Positions 20,104 to 30,178 of a stretch of DNA of 64,000 bases are shown here, piece after piece (the first letter of the stretch is position 1; each line of letters opens with the position of its first letter). Position numbers and translations under genes: made by a program. The notes beneath the pieces were generated by a model. That model saw nothing but the letters and a program-made list of their open reading frames with translations. It searched no databases and was not told the origin of the DNA. The stretch is from a virus: positions 1 through 64,000 of the IMG/VR virus record IMGVR_UViG_3300037237_000386; one strand, 5' to 3'.

Positions 20104-20916
20104 ATGAAGAAGCGAAGCGAAGTGAAGAAGCCGAAGATGGTCCTGCACTGCGCCGACTGCGGAGCCGAGCAGTTCGACACCCCCTCGGGGATGGTGTGCA
20201 AGAACGAACACGGGGGAGCCGCGAGCATCAGCGCGGCGGAGGCGTTCGCCATCTTCCCGTCGAGGGAGACGGTCGTACCGGAGAACGCGCAGCCCCCGGC
20301 GAAGAAGCGCAGGACGGCGCGCGACGTCGTCGACAACGCGACGCGCGAGCTCGCCCAGGCCATCGACGAGGAGGGCGCGAAGGCGGCGGGCACCGTCCCC
20401 GATCCGCTGAAGTGGAGCAGCGCGAACGAAGCCAAGGAGGCGAACCTCGATCCGGCGTTCGTGAAGATCATGGAGACGCTGGTCGTGGACGATCCCGCGG
20501 GCTGCTACGAGCAGCTGGAGCGCATCCTCGTCATCGGCGACAAGCGGACCGACTACGGGACGGTGACCAAGCACCTCGACGAGGCGGAGCACAACGCGCG
20601 CCTGGCGCACCGGCTCTGGCAGGCGGCCATCATCGAGCGGAAGCGCTGGGAGCTGGAGAACGAGGTGGTGTTCGGCGCGATGCGGCGCGAGGCGACGCGC
20701 TCCTTGCAGCACGAGAAGGACAGCGGCAGCCGGAGCAAGCAGATCACGGACGCGGACGTGGAGAGCCGAGTCTCGACGATGTACCCGGACGAGTACTCCG
20801 CCCAGGAGCGCAAGCGGGTGCGGGTGAAGTCGATGGTCGACTCGATGCAGAACCTCTCGGATATGTGGGCGAGCCGGTGCAAGAGTCTGCAGACGATCCT
20901 GAGCAAGCAGCGGTAG
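20104..20916 (+). CDS. UvsY-like recombination mediator candidate (may start at 19942)
   Basis: Helical C-terminus KQITDADVESRV...YPDEY; adjacent to SSB-like and RecA genes. Confidence 0.45.
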   Translation: MKKRSEVKKPKMVLHCADCGAEQFDTPSGMVCKNEHGGAASISAAEAFAIFPSRETVVPENAQPPAKKRRTARDVVDNATRELAQAIDEEGAKAAGTVPDPLKWSSANEAKEANLDPAFVKIMETLVVDDPAGCYEQLERILVIGDKRTDYGTVTKHLDEAEHNARLAHRLWQAAIIERKRWELENEVVFGAMRREATRSLQHEKDSGSRSKQITDADVESRVSTMYPDEYSAQERKRVRVKSMVDSMQNLSDMWASRCKSLQTILSKQR

Positions 20917-20983
20917 GGACGCGGCATCACCAAGGGAACCCACAACCCATCCGGGTAAAGGCCCGGACCCACGGAGAAGACAC

Positions 20984-22225
20984 ATGGCAGGCGCGCACGA
21001 GATGGACTCGATGGACGAGTTCCTGAATCACAAGAGCACGGACCGGGGCGGGAGCTTCCTCGGCAACTGGAAGAAGGACGGCAAGATCGTCGTCTGGATG
21101 CACCGCAAGCAGATGCCCGTGGCGGTGTGGCAGCACAAGCTGCCGAAGATCGTCGTGCGCGAAGAGGGCGACGACGACGAGAGCGTGACGCACGTGTGGA
21201 CGGGCGAGTACGTCTGCCACGAGGACGAGGCTGTCCTGAAGAAGCAGTACAAGCGCGACCGGGAGAGCGGCGAGCGCGAGGTGCCCCCGCGGCGGTGCCC
21301 GGTGTGCAAGCTCGTCGAGCACGTGCGCGCGCTGGTCGACGAGGGGAAGATCGACGAGACGGCGGAGTTGTTCCGGTTCGAGGCGGACGACGACGACGAG
21401 ACGCGGGTCGTCCACGCGGCCGGCATGTACGGCGGGTTCCCCAAGAACCTGAAGGAGGCGACCGACGAGCAGAAGGAAGCGTTCAAGAAGGCGCACATTC
21501 GGCTCAGCGACGTGTGGGCGGAGAACGGGATGGCGAAGCTCTCCTACGTGTTCGCGGTCGTCAGCGACGAGGACGTGGGTGAGGGAGTGCAGATCGCCAA
21601 GGAGACGGGCCTGCTGGGCGACAAGGTCAAGGACGTCATCGCGGACGCGATGGAGAGCCTCGGGCGCGAGGCGGGCAACCCGCAGCTCAACCCCTTCGCC
21701 ATCCAGTGGGTGTACCTGGAGAACGAGAAGGAGTTCGGCAAGAAGTACAAGGCGCGGCGCATGGAGAACATCAAGCTGACGCCCGAGATCGACAAGGCCA
21801 TCAGCGGGCCGAAGCCGGACCTCTCCGGGGTCACGGCAGCGTTCGAGATCGACACGCTGAAGGCGCTGCTGCAGCGGGCGTACGTCGGACCGAAGCAGGC
21901 CATCCCCTGGGACGAGCTGTTCGTGAAGCCGGTGAAGGGTGCGGCGGACGAGGAGCCCGACGAGGACGAGGTGAGCGACAAGGACGCGACGCCCGACGAC
22001 GACGAGGACGACGGGATGGTGAAGTGCGACGTCTGCGAGAAGCCGATGCCGGACGACGTCGAGGAGTGCCCGACGTGCCATTCGAGGTACGACCTCGACA
22101 CGGGCGCGCTCGTGAAGAAGGGTGCGGTGCCCCCGCCGGCACCGGCGCAGCAGCCGAAGAAGCGGGGAGCGCGGAAGAAGGCGAAGGACGGCGGCGGCGA
22201 AGGGGCGGACGAAGGACCCTTCTGA
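20984..22225 (+). CDS. Single-stranded DNA-binding protein candidate (gp32-like)
   Basis: CPVC; acidic tail ending DEGPF; lies just before RecA. Confidence 0.55.
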   Translation: MAGAHEMDSMDEFLNHKSTDRGGSFLGNWKKDGKIVVWMHRKQMPVAVWQHKLPKIVVREEGDDDESVTHVWTGEYVCHEDEAVLKKQYKRDRESGEREVPPRRCPVCKLVEHVRALVDEGKIDETAELFRFEADDDDETRVVHAAGMYGGFPKNLKEATDEQKEAFKKAHIRLSDVWAENGMAKLSYVFAVVSDEDVGEGVQIAKETGLLGDKVKDVIADAMESLGREAGNPQLNPFAIQWVYLENEKEFGKKYKARRMENIKLTPEIDKAISGPKPDLSGVTAAFEIDTLKALLQRAYVGPKQAIPWDELFVKPVKGAADEEPDEDEVSDKDATPDDDEDDGMVKCDVCEKPMPDDVEECPTCHSRYDLDTGALVKKGAVPPPAPAQQPKKRGARKKAKDGGGEGADEGPF

Positions 22226-22376
22226 GGACCACGCTCGCGTTCCCTTTGGACCGCGCGAGCAGGCGGCGGTGCCGGTCACGCCTGGCTTCACCTGAGTAGG
22301 GCAGGTTGAGGCGAAGGGGCATCCCCCAAAGGGGTCCCGACCGGCTGCATCTTCCACGACACGAGCAGAGGCGCGC

Positions 22377-23591
22377 ATGGCCAGGCACAAGATGAGGACG
22401 GCGGACGCGAGCTCACCCCTGAGGGAGAGCCCGCTCGCGGCGGTGGCGGCGCGCTTCAAGGACTTCCGTCCGGCGCGCGAGGTGATGAAGGTGGTGCGCG
22501 CGGTGCCGACGCGCTTCATCCAGTTCGACCACGCGACGCGGGTGGGTGGACTGCCCGTCGACCGCATCTCGGTCGCGCACGGTCCGAGCAACGAGGGCAA
22601 GACGCTGCTCGCGCTCGGGCTCATCGACAGCTTCCTCGCGCTCGACCACTTCGGGCTGTTCGTGGACGCGGAGCGGACGACGCCGATCACGTGGGCGCGG
22701 GAGCTGATGGGCGAGCGGGCGGACTACCCGGGGTTCTTCGCCACCCGCCCCGACACGTACGAGGAGACGATCAAGCAGGTGCGGGCGTTCCTGAACCTGC
22801 TCATCGACATGAAGGCGAAGGGCAAGGTGCCCAAGGAGACGAGCGCGGTCGTCGTCGTGGACAGCCTGCGTAAGCTCGTGCCGGCGGACCTGATGGCGGA
22901 GATCCTGAAGGCGGCGAAGGAGGAGGCCGAGGAGCGGAAGAAGGGCAAGAAGGGCAAAGGCATCACGACGGGCCGGGACCGGCGCGCGCAGCTGCAGGCG
23001 AAGATGAACGCGGGGTGGATGGACGAGCTCGTGCCGCACCTGGAGCACGCGGGAGCGGCGATGCTGCTCATCGCGCGCGAGATGCAGGACCCGGACGCGG
23101 ACCCGATGGCTCGGAAGTTCGGCACGGACTACAAGGTCGGCGGCGGCGGAGCCATCATCTACGACAGCAGCCTGCGCCTGCGTGTTGAGCGCGCCGCGTG
23201 GGTCGTCGACAAGAAGGAAGAGGGCCGCAAGCCGGTCATCTTCGGGGAGCGGCACCGCGTCACCATCAAGAAGACGAAAGTGGGCGGAAAGGACGACAAG
23301 GCGAGCGTGGCCTACTTCCACTCGAGCAACGGCGTGCTGGTGCCGGCGGGGTTCGACCGCGCCAGGGACGTGCTGGAGCTCGCGGTGCGCTTCGGCGTGG
23401 TGCAGGCGGGCGGGGGGAGCTACCGCGTGGGGAGCACGCGCAGCGGCGTCCTCGGGCGCGGGGAGCACAACGTCGTGAAGCGGCTGACGGCGGAGCCGGC
23501 GACGCTGGCGAAGTTGGAGGCGGAGGTGCGCGAGCGGTTCAAGGACCAGACGCCGACGGAGTTCGACGAGATCACCGGAGAAGTCGAATGA
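22377..23591 (+). CDS. recA: RecA/UvsX-like recombinase
   Basis: GGLPVDRI, GPSNEGKT, VDAE, VVVDSL, GGGAIIYDSSLRL. Confidence 0.88.
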   Translation: MARHKMRTADASSPLRESPLAAVAARFKDFRPAREVMKVVRAVPTRFIQFDHATRVGGLPVDRISVAHGPSNEGKTLLALGLIDSFLALDHFGLFVDAERTTPITWARELMGERADYPGFFATRPDTYEETIKQVRAFLNLLIDMKAKGKVPKETSAVVVVDSLRKLVPADLMAEILKAAKEEAEERKKGKKGKGITTGRDRRAQLQAKMNAGWMDELVPHLEHAGAAMLLIAREMQDPDADPMARKFGTDYKVGGGGAIIYDSSLRLRVERAAWVVDKKEEGRKPVIFGERHRVTIKKTKVGGKDDKASVAYFHSSNGVLVPAGFDRARDVLELAVRFGVVQAGGGSYRVGSTRSGVLGRGEHNVVKRLTAEPATLAKLEAEVRERFKDQTPTEFDEITGEVE

Positions 23592-24151
23592 GCGGGAGCA
23601 TCCTCACGGACGTGGCAATCAGCAGAGCGGTGGCGAATCAGGACATTGTCATCGACCCGTACAGAGCGTCGCATGTGAACCCGGCGAGCTACGATCTGAC
23701 GTTGGGCGACCAGGTGCTCGTGTACGCGGCCGACTCATTGTCGGTGTACGACGTGAAGCAGGAGCCGACGAAGTTTCGGCACGCACTCATCGGCGATGAG
23801 GGGTTCGTCATCCACCCGGGCGTCGGCTACCTGATGCACACACATGAGAGGGTGCTCACGGAGTCGTACGTGCCGGTGCTCGACGGCAAGAGCAGCATCG
23901 GACGGCTGTTCATCAGCGTGCATTCGACGGCTGGTTATGGCGATCCGGGGTTCGATGGACAGTACACGCTGGAGGTGACGGCTCACCACTTCAGCGTGCG
24001 GCTCTACGCGGGCATGCGCATCGCGCAGATGCGGTTCCACACGATGGAGGGCAAGCTGGCCAAGACATACGAAGGGAACTACCGAGGAGCGACGGCGAAG
24101 GGTCCGGTGCCGAGCGCTGCGTGGCGACAGTTCGCGGAGAAGAAGCCGTGA
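23588..24151 (+). CDS. dcd: dCTP deaminase
   Basis: NPASYDLTL, DGKSSIGR, AGYGDPGFDGQYTLE, GMRIAQ. Confidence 0.92.
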   Translation: MSGSILTDVAISRAVANQDIVIDPYRASHVNPASYDLTLGDQVLVYAADSLSVYDVKQEPTKFRHALIGDEGFVIHPGVGYLMHTHERVLTESYVPVLDGKSSIGRLFISVHSTAGYGDPGFDGQYTLEVTAHHFSVRLYAGMRIAQMRFHTMEGKLAKTYEGNYRGATAKGPVPSAAWRQFAEKKP

Positions 24152-24909
24152 GAGCCCTGTTCACGGGGGACTGGCATAGCGACGCTTCCACCTACGGCGT
24201 GAGCCGGCACGACGACGTGGTGAAGGCGGTGAAGCAGACCGTCGAGGCGGCTGTCAGCCAGAAGGTGGATCTCTACTGTTTCGGGGGCGACCTCTGCGAC
24301 CCGGACGATGCCATCGCGTGCCTGAGGGCGTTGAAGCTCGCGATGTGGGCGGCAGGAACGCTCGCGCGGGCGGGCATCCCACAGGTGTGGCAGGCGGGCA
24401 ATCACGACGTCTTCGAGGACGGGAGCGGAGACACGACGTTGACGCCGCTCTACTCGATGGCGAGCACGCTCGCGCAATGGATGTGGGTTGTGGAGATCCC
24501 GACGACGGTGCGCGTGAGGAACTGCTCGCCCGTCTACACACTTCCCTTCACGGCGAGCAGTCATCCCTACGATCCGGCGAAGGAGCTGCGGACGATGTGC
24601 ACGGAGCAGGAGACGAACAACGGTGCGCACGGCGAGGGCTTCGTCATGAGTCACCTGGCGTTCCCGGGCATCCAGCCGGGCGAGGAGACGACGGAGATGC
24701 CGAGGGGGCGGGAGGTGGTGTTCCCGGTCGACGAGCTCGCACGCCTCCGCCCGGACAGGCGGGACGACTGGCTCGTGGCGCAGTTCCACTACCATCGGCG
24801 GCAGACGCTCCGCCTCCCCTTCGCGACGGTGCTGGTGCCCGGGAGTGCGGCCCGGCTGGCGTTCGGGGAGGAAGACAACACGCCGGGCTTCCTGCTGGTG
24901 GACCTCTGA
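24148..24909 (+). CDS. SbcD/Mre11-like metallophosphoesterase nuclease
   Basis: GDWH, GGDLCD, AGNHD, HYH, PGS. Confidence 0.85.
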   Translation: MRALFTGDWHSDASTYGVSRHDDVVKAVKQTVEAAVSQKVDLYCFGGDLCDPDDAIACLRALKLAMWAAGTLARAGIPQVWQAGNHDVFEDGSGDTTLTPLYSMASTLAQWMWVVEIPTTVRVRNCSPVYTLPFTASSHPYDPAKELRTMCTEQETNNGAHGEGFVMSHLAFPGIQPGEETTEMPRGREVVFPVDELARLRPDRRDDWLVAQFHYHRRQTLRLPFATVLVPGSAARLAFGEEDNTPGFLLVDL

Positions 24910-25385
24910 TGGCCCGCCGCAAGCTCAGGAGCCCCGCCCAGGCGTCGCCCGGCGAGGGGGGCCCGGAGGTAGCCCCCCAGGGAAGCAACGCTCAGGAGGG
25001 GCGCGTATGCGTTTCCTTCGTGCCGTTCGAGGGGAGCCGGAAGCTCCGGACGGTGGACGAGACGGCGCTGGTCTGGGCGGAGGACCCGAAGTTTTGGCGA
25101 CCGGGTCACGTGCAGGACGAGATCCTGCGCCTGCAGCCGCCGGGGGACGTGGCGGAGGGGCGCGTGGAGCACGTGCGCCGGAAGATGGTGGAGATGGGAG
25201 CGGCGGCGGTGCGGGTGCAGCCCGGGCGCAAGGCGCAGGTGCTCCCGAGGGAGAAGACGCGGCACGTGGCCCCGAGGGCGAGGGCGCGCGAGGCGGCGAT
25301 GGGGCTCGTCGAGAAGGCGACGACGAAGGACCGGGCAGCGTTGAAGACAGCCGTCGAGCGGTCGCTGGCGGAGGCGGGGTTGTGA
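24909..25385 (+). CDS. Hypothetical protein, possibly a split SbcD C-terminal domain
   Basis: Coupled; lies between the SbcD-like and SbcC-like genes. Confidence 0.45.
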   Translation: MARRKLRSPAQASPGEGGPEVAPQGSNAQEGRVCVSFVPFEGSRKLRTVDETALVWAEDPKFWRPGHVQDEILRLQPPGDVAEGRVEHVRRKMVEMGAAAVRVQPGRKAQVLPREKTRHVAPRARAREAAMGLVEKATTKDRAALKTAVERSLAEAGL

Positions 25386-25801
25386 CGACGGAGGAGGACT
25401 TCCTGACGTTGTCGCCTGAGTCGTTCGTTTCGATTGCGCGGGACATGGAGTGGCTGAGGACGAAGTCAGACGCGATGTGGAGGAAGGCGATGGAACCGGA
25501 AGTCGAGAAGTGGGACGCGATTCTCAAGAAGCTGATGGCCGTCGACACACTCGACTCTTCGCAGACGGTGCGTGTGGAGCCGCATTCGCTGGCGTTGCTC
25601 ATCGCGGAGAACACGCGCCTGAGTGCCCAGGTGGACGAGCTGCAGACGCGGGGCACGGAGATGGCGGCGGAACGCCAGCGTTGGCGCGACCCGATGCGCA
25701 TCGCGAAGATCGCGGCCAAGCTCACGACCAGTGCGGCACTCGGAGAGGACCCCGAGGACATCGCGGTCCGGGCGATGCGCGAGCTCGTCGAGGCGCCGTG
25801 A
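25382..25801 (+). CDS. Hypothetical coiled-coil protein
   Basis: Coupled ORF. Confidence 0.5.
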   Translation: MTTEEDFLTLSPESFVSIARDMEWLRTKSDAMWRKAMEPEVEKWDAILKKLMAVDTLDSSQTVRVEPHSLALLIAENTRLSAQVDELQTRGTEMAAERQRWRDPMRIAKIAAKLTTSAALGEDPEDIAVRAMRELVEAP

Positions 25802-27705
25802 GAATCGCGCGCCTGCAGCTGGAGAATTGGGAGCCGTTCAAGGGTACGCACGTCCTCGAGCTGCGGCCGCAGGCGTACGCCGTCTTTGCGAGGTACGAGG
25901 ACGACCCGGACCGCTCGAATTGGGCGGGCAAGAGCAGCCTGCTCGGAGCCGTTCGGTTTGCGCTCACCGGGGACCACGACCATCGGCTGGAGGACGAGTG
26001 GATCTCGAACGGTGAGGAGCGCGGCGCGGTGACGCTGGTGCTCGACGATGGGACGGTCATCGACCGGAGCCGGAAGCGCGGCAAGGCGACGCAGTTCGTC
26101 GTGGGCAAGGCGAAGGGCGACGACGCCCAGGCGCTGCTCTGGAAGGCGATGGGTCTCGCCAAGGAGGACTGGCTCGCCACGTGCTGGTGGGAGCAGGGGG
26201 CGACGTCGCGCCTCGTCACGGCAGATCCCGCGGAGCGCACACGCATCGTCACCGGCTGGCTGGAGCTCGGACCGCTGCAGGCGGCCGAGGGGCACAACGC
26301 GCGGCGCCTGGGCGAGGTGGTGGCGAAGGTGGAGCGGCTCGAGATCGACGCGCGTGGCTGGGAGGCCGTCGAGGCGGAGCAGCTCGGCGGGCAGTCGGTG
26401 GACGTGCTGGCGAACGCGCTGACGACGGCGGAGGGGCAGCTGGAGAAGGCGCGGGCGGAGCGGCAGGTGGCACGCGCCCGGGTGGACGAGCAGGGCGCGG
26501 CGGCGGCCAGGCGGGAGAAGGCGGCGGAGTACGCGCGGCTCGTCGAGGACGGGGTGCGGCTCAAGGCGGAGCTGGCCGAGGAGGACAAGCCGGCGCTGGT
26601 GGCGGAGAGGGACAACGCGCGCGCGACGCATGACGCGGCGGTGGGTAAGCTGACGACGACGAGCCGCGAGGCGGAGCAGCGTCGGAAGGTGGCGCTCGGG
26701 GAGTTCGACGGCAAGTGCCCGGTGGCCGGCATCGCGTGCCCCGCGAAGGACGCGATCAACGCGGACGTGAAGACGAACCGGAAGCGGAGCCAGGCGGCCG
26801 ACGCGGCGCGCGACCAGGCACGCGAAGAGGCGCTCGCGGCGACGAACACCTTGGACGCGGCGGAGGGGGAGCTGCAGGCACACGACCGCAAGGCGGAACG
26901 GCTGAAGCTACTGCGCGACCAGGCGCTCAAGCTGCAGCCGGCGGCCGAGGCGAGTGCGTCGGACCCGGAGCCCGATCCGAAGGCGGGCGAGAAGCTCGCT
27001 GCGGCGGAGCGCAAGGAACACGAGTGGGTGGAGCGCGTGGGCGCGCTGGGCGAGCGAGTCCGGCGGATCATGGACGCACGGCGCATGCGGGCCGAGGCGC
27101 TTGCGAAGATCGTGGTGCTCGACGGCGAGCTCGCGGCGCTGCGGGAGGCGGCGCTCGTCCTCGGCAAGAACGGGGCGCAGCGGGACGTCGCCCGGGGAGC
27201 GCTGGAGGACATCGAGCAGGGGGCGAACGAGCGCGTGCGTGCGGCGGGTGTGGATCTCGAGGTGAGGGTGCGCTGGGAGCACGAGAGCAAGATGCTGGCG
27301 AAGGCGTGCGGCGCGTGCGGCTGGCCGTTCCCGGAGAGCACGAAGGTCAAGGAGTGCCCGCGGTGCAAGGCGGAGCGGGGACCGCACTACGTCAACCGGC
27401 TGGAGTTCGAGAGGAGCCGTAAGAGCGGCGGTGCCGACGACATGATGGGAGTGGCCCTGCAGCTCGCCGGGAGCGCGTGGCTGCGGGACGCCCGAGGCAG
27501 CGCGTGGGCGACGGGGCTGCTCGACGAGCCGACGAGCCAGATGGACGCAGCGAACCGGCGGGCGCTCGCGCAGATGCTCCGGGCGGAGAAGGGCTTCGAG
27601 CAGCTGCTGGTGGTCAGCCACCATCACGGGACACTCGACGCGCTGCCCGGGCGAATCCTCATCACGAGTGACGGCACGTGGGCACGCGCCGAAGTGGCGG
27701 CATGA
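25798..27705 (+). CDS. SbcC/Rad50-like SMC ATPase
   Basis: LENWEPF, NWAGKSS, coiled coil with CPV hook, KSGG signature, LLDEP, VVSH. Confidence 0.88.
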   Translation: MRIARLQLENWEPFKGTHVLELRPQAYAVFARYEDDPDRSNWAGKSSLLGAVRFALTGDHDHRLEDEWISNGEERGAVTLVLDDGTVIDRSRKRGKATQFVVGKAKGDDAQALLWKAMGLAKEDWLATCWWEQGATSRLVTADPAERTRIVTGWLELGPLQAAEGHNARRLGEVVAKVERLEIDARGWEAVEAEQLGGQSVDVLANALTTAEGQLEKARAERQVARARVDEQGAAAARREKAAEYARLVEDGVRLKAELAEEDKPALVAERDNARATHDAAVGKLTTTSREAEQRRKVALGEFDGKCPVAGIACPAKDAINADVKTNRKRSQAADAARDQAREEALAATNTLDAAEGELQAHDRKAERLKLLRDQALKLQPAAEASASDPEPDPKAGEKLAAAERKEHEWVERVGALGERVRRIMDARRMRAEALAKIVVLDGELAALREAALVLGKNGAQRDVARGALEDIEQGANERVRAAGVDLEVRVRWEHESKMLAKACGACGWPFPESTKVKECPRCKAERGPHYVNRLEFERSRKSGGADDMMGVALQLAGSAWLRDARGSAWATGLLDEPTSQMDAANRRALAQMLRAEKGFEQLLVVSHHHGTLDALPGRILITSDGTWARAEVAA

Positions 27706-28055
27706 TGGGGACCATGAGCGGCAAGACGAACGGCACGACGGGACCGGCGACTCACAAGCCCGTGGAGGAAACCCGGGTTTCCCTCAAGACGGTGCGCTAC
27801 CGGGTGGAGGGCAAGCGTGTCTTCGTCATCTACGCGGCGGACGCGAGCGAGGCCCTCGACAAGATCAACGAGGCCTGCGCCTCGGGGACGAAGGTCGTGC
27901 ATGGGTTCGACGAGGTGGCCCTGGCGACGTTCGCGCCGTTCCACGTCCTCGGGTCGGAGGGAGGGATCACGGACGAGGGTGAGCTCAGCTTCGGGCTCGG
28001 GGGCGAGGCGATGCTCTGCGCGGACAATGCGCCCGCGCGCGAGACGCGAAAGTGA
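27702..28055 (+). CDS. Hypothetical protein
   Basis: Coupled ORF containing a palindrome. Confidence 0.55.
   Translation: MMGTMSGKTNGTTGPATHKPVEETRVSLKTVRYRVEGKRVFVIYAADASEALDKINEACASGTKVVHGFDEVALATFAPFHVLGSEGGITDEGELSFGLGGEAMLCADNAPARETRK
27767..27782. repeat. 16-bp palindrome, copy 5 (ETRVS)
   Basis: Exact. Confidence 0.95.
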
Positions 28056-28576
28056 ACGGCCGGCGCAAGGGCTCGCGCGCGGAGCTGGAAGTCGCGGGCA
28101 TCATCAGCGAGTGGTGGAAGCGGCTGGAGATGACGGCGCGCTTCGTCCGCATGCCGCTCTCTGGTGGGTGGGGTGAGCGCGGGGCGCGCGAGGGCTTCAA
28201 GGCGAGCGGGGACCTCGGCACGACGGCGGAGAGGTTTCCCTTCACCGTCGAGGTGAAGAGGCGCGAGGGTTGGAACCGGGAGCGCTTTTTCGCAGGCAAG
28301 GCGAGCCCCGTGTGGGCGTGGTGGAGGCAGGCGCAGTCGCAAGCCGTCGAGGCGAATGCAGAGCCGATGCTCTGGCTGCGGCACAACGGCGACAAGGAGT
28401 GGGTCGTGGTCGTGCGCGAGGAGTACGCCAACAAGATCCGCCTCAAGCCCGAGTGGCACAACAAGTGGGACGCGTGGCCCGCCAGAAGCGGGTGGAAGCC
28501 GTTCGCGTTCGGGCACCTGCTCCTCGTCGGCTTGGACCCGGCGCAGTTCGCGCTGGAAGCTGCTACGAAGGGGTGA
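28052..28576 (+). CDS. Holliday junction resolvase-like PD-(D/E)xK nuclease
   Basis: KGSRAELEV...RMPLSGG...GDL...VEVKR. Confidence 0.75.
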   Translation: MNGRRKGSRAELEVAGIISEWWKRLEMTARFVRMPLSGGWGERGAREGFKASGDLGTTAERFPFTVEVKRREGWNRERFFAGKASPVWAWWRQAQSQAVEANAEPMLWLRHNGDKEWVVVVREEYANKIRLKPEWHNKWDAWPARSGWKPFAFGHLLLVGLDPAQFALEAATKG

Positions 28577-28591
28577 GCGGAGGCGCGCAAC

Positions 28592-29287
28592 GTGAGGAAG
28601 AAGGCGAAGAGGGCCCCGGCGCAGAAGCCGGCGGGCAAGGCGGCGCCGAGTGTTGTCGGCAAGGTGGAGATGGCGGCGCTCGACCTCGTGCGCCCGAACA
28701 CCTGGAACCCGAACCGGCTGACGCCCTTCGAGAAGCGAGCGCTCAAGCACGGGCTCGAGCACGACACGTGGCTGCCGAGCCACGCGCTCACGATCTGGAG
28801 GACCGACGAGAAGGGCAAGAAGAAGATGCTCGTCATCGACGGCGAGCACCGCTGGACCGCCGCCCGGGAGCTCGGCCTGAAGGAGGGACCGATGGTGTTC
28901 CTCGACGGGCTGACCGAGGCCGAGGCGAAGGCCTGGACCGTGAAGCTCGACGCGAAGCGGGGCAAGTTCGACGAGGACAAGATGGGCCCCCTCCTCCGGA
29001 GCCTGGAGCCGACGATGGACGTGGAGACGCGAGCGCTCGACCTCGGCATCGACGAGGACCGCCTCGTGCGGTACCTCGACGACGAGCCGGACAAGGCCGT
29101 GGTCGGCGAGCTGCCGAGCGGGCAGCGGGCGAGCGTGCGGCAGGTGCAGCTCTTCTTCCCGCAGGCGCGCTACGACGAGTTCCAGAAGATGGTGCGGGAG
29201 ATGGCGGGGAGCCTGAAGACGAAGAACGTGACCGACACGGTGCTGGAGGTGGTCCGCCGTGCGGGCGCAGCTGCAGCTCCGAAGTAG
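28592..29287 (+). CDS. ParB/Srx-domain protein, paralogue 1
   Basis: PNTWNPN, VIDGEHR; HTH-like RALDLGIDEDRL; RHH-like C-terminus. Confidence 0.85.
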   Translation: MRKKAKRAPAQKPAGKAAPSVVGKVEMAALDLVRPNTWNPNRLTPFEKRALKHGLEHDTWLPSHALTIWRTDEKGKKKMLVIDGEHRWTAARELGLKEGPMVFLDGLTEAEAKAWTVKLDAKRGKFDEDKMGPLLRSLEPTMDVETRALDLGIDEDRLVRYLDDEPDKAVVGELPSGQRASVRQVQLFFPQARYDEFQKMVREMAGSLKTKNVTDTVLEVVRRAGAAAAPK

Positions 29288-30178
29288 CCACCCGGACGCC
29301 CACGTGAGGATGCTCGTGGGCAAGAGGGGTGTGGCCGAGGACGCGCCGGTGCTGCTTGCGGGCGACGCCAGCGCGTTCAAGCCGAACGGCGAGCGCCTCC
29401 TGACGCTCGTGCGCGGGGCCATCGATCGGAGGGTGATCGACGCGGCGTGGCCCTTCATGTGGGGGCTGCGAAAGCACGTCAGCACGAACCGGGGAGCCTA
29501 CGGCGGGGACGACGCGCTCGACGACGGGCGCGCGAAGGTGAAGTCGGGCGGGGTGCGGTACAGGGCCGTCAAGCAGGATGGGACCGTGAGCAAGACGAAC
29601 CACGCGAACCCGGTGCGGAGCGTGGTCGCGGGGGCGTTCGACCGCAGCCCGCGCATCCCCTTTTGCCGGCAGACGGCGTACAGCACGGACGAGCCGGAGA
29701 AGTGGGGCGCGGCGCTGCCCTTCGTGCAGGCGGTGGGGGAGCTGTTCCGCGACGTCGTACCGGACCGGGCTGCGGCGCAGCGCGAGCAGGCGGAGAAGAC
29801 GCACCCGGCGTACGTGATCCCGGGCACACCCTTCACGACCATCACCGTGAACAACACGGTCGCCGGCACGTACACACGGACAAGGGGGACTTTCACCAGG
29901 GGTTCGGTGTGATGGCGGTCATGCGCCGGGGTCACTACCGCGGGGCAGAGCTCGTGTTCCCGAAGTACGGCGTGGGTGCGGACCTGCAGCACGGCGACGT
30001 CATCTTCTTCGATCCGCACGAGGTGCACGGCAACCTGGCGTTCCGTGAGGGCATCGGCGTGGAGGCGGAAGATTGGGCTCGGATCTCGATGGTCATGTAC
30101 TTCAGGACGCGCATGGTCGATTGCCTGGAGCCGAGGGCGGAGTTGGAGCGCGCCAAGGGCGTGCGAGGAGAGGTGTGA
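29259..30178 (+). CDS. TET/JBP-family 2OG-Fe(II) dioxygenase, with a -1 frameshift at about 29873
   Basis: PFCRQTAY, GTPFTTITVN, HTDKGD (HxD), DPHEVHGN, RISMVMY. Confidence 0.85.

Noticed and set aside
29865-29885. Programmed -1 ribosomal frameshift in TET
   Set aside because: No X XXY YYZ slippery heptamer at the junction; similar indels elsewhere suggest sequencing error
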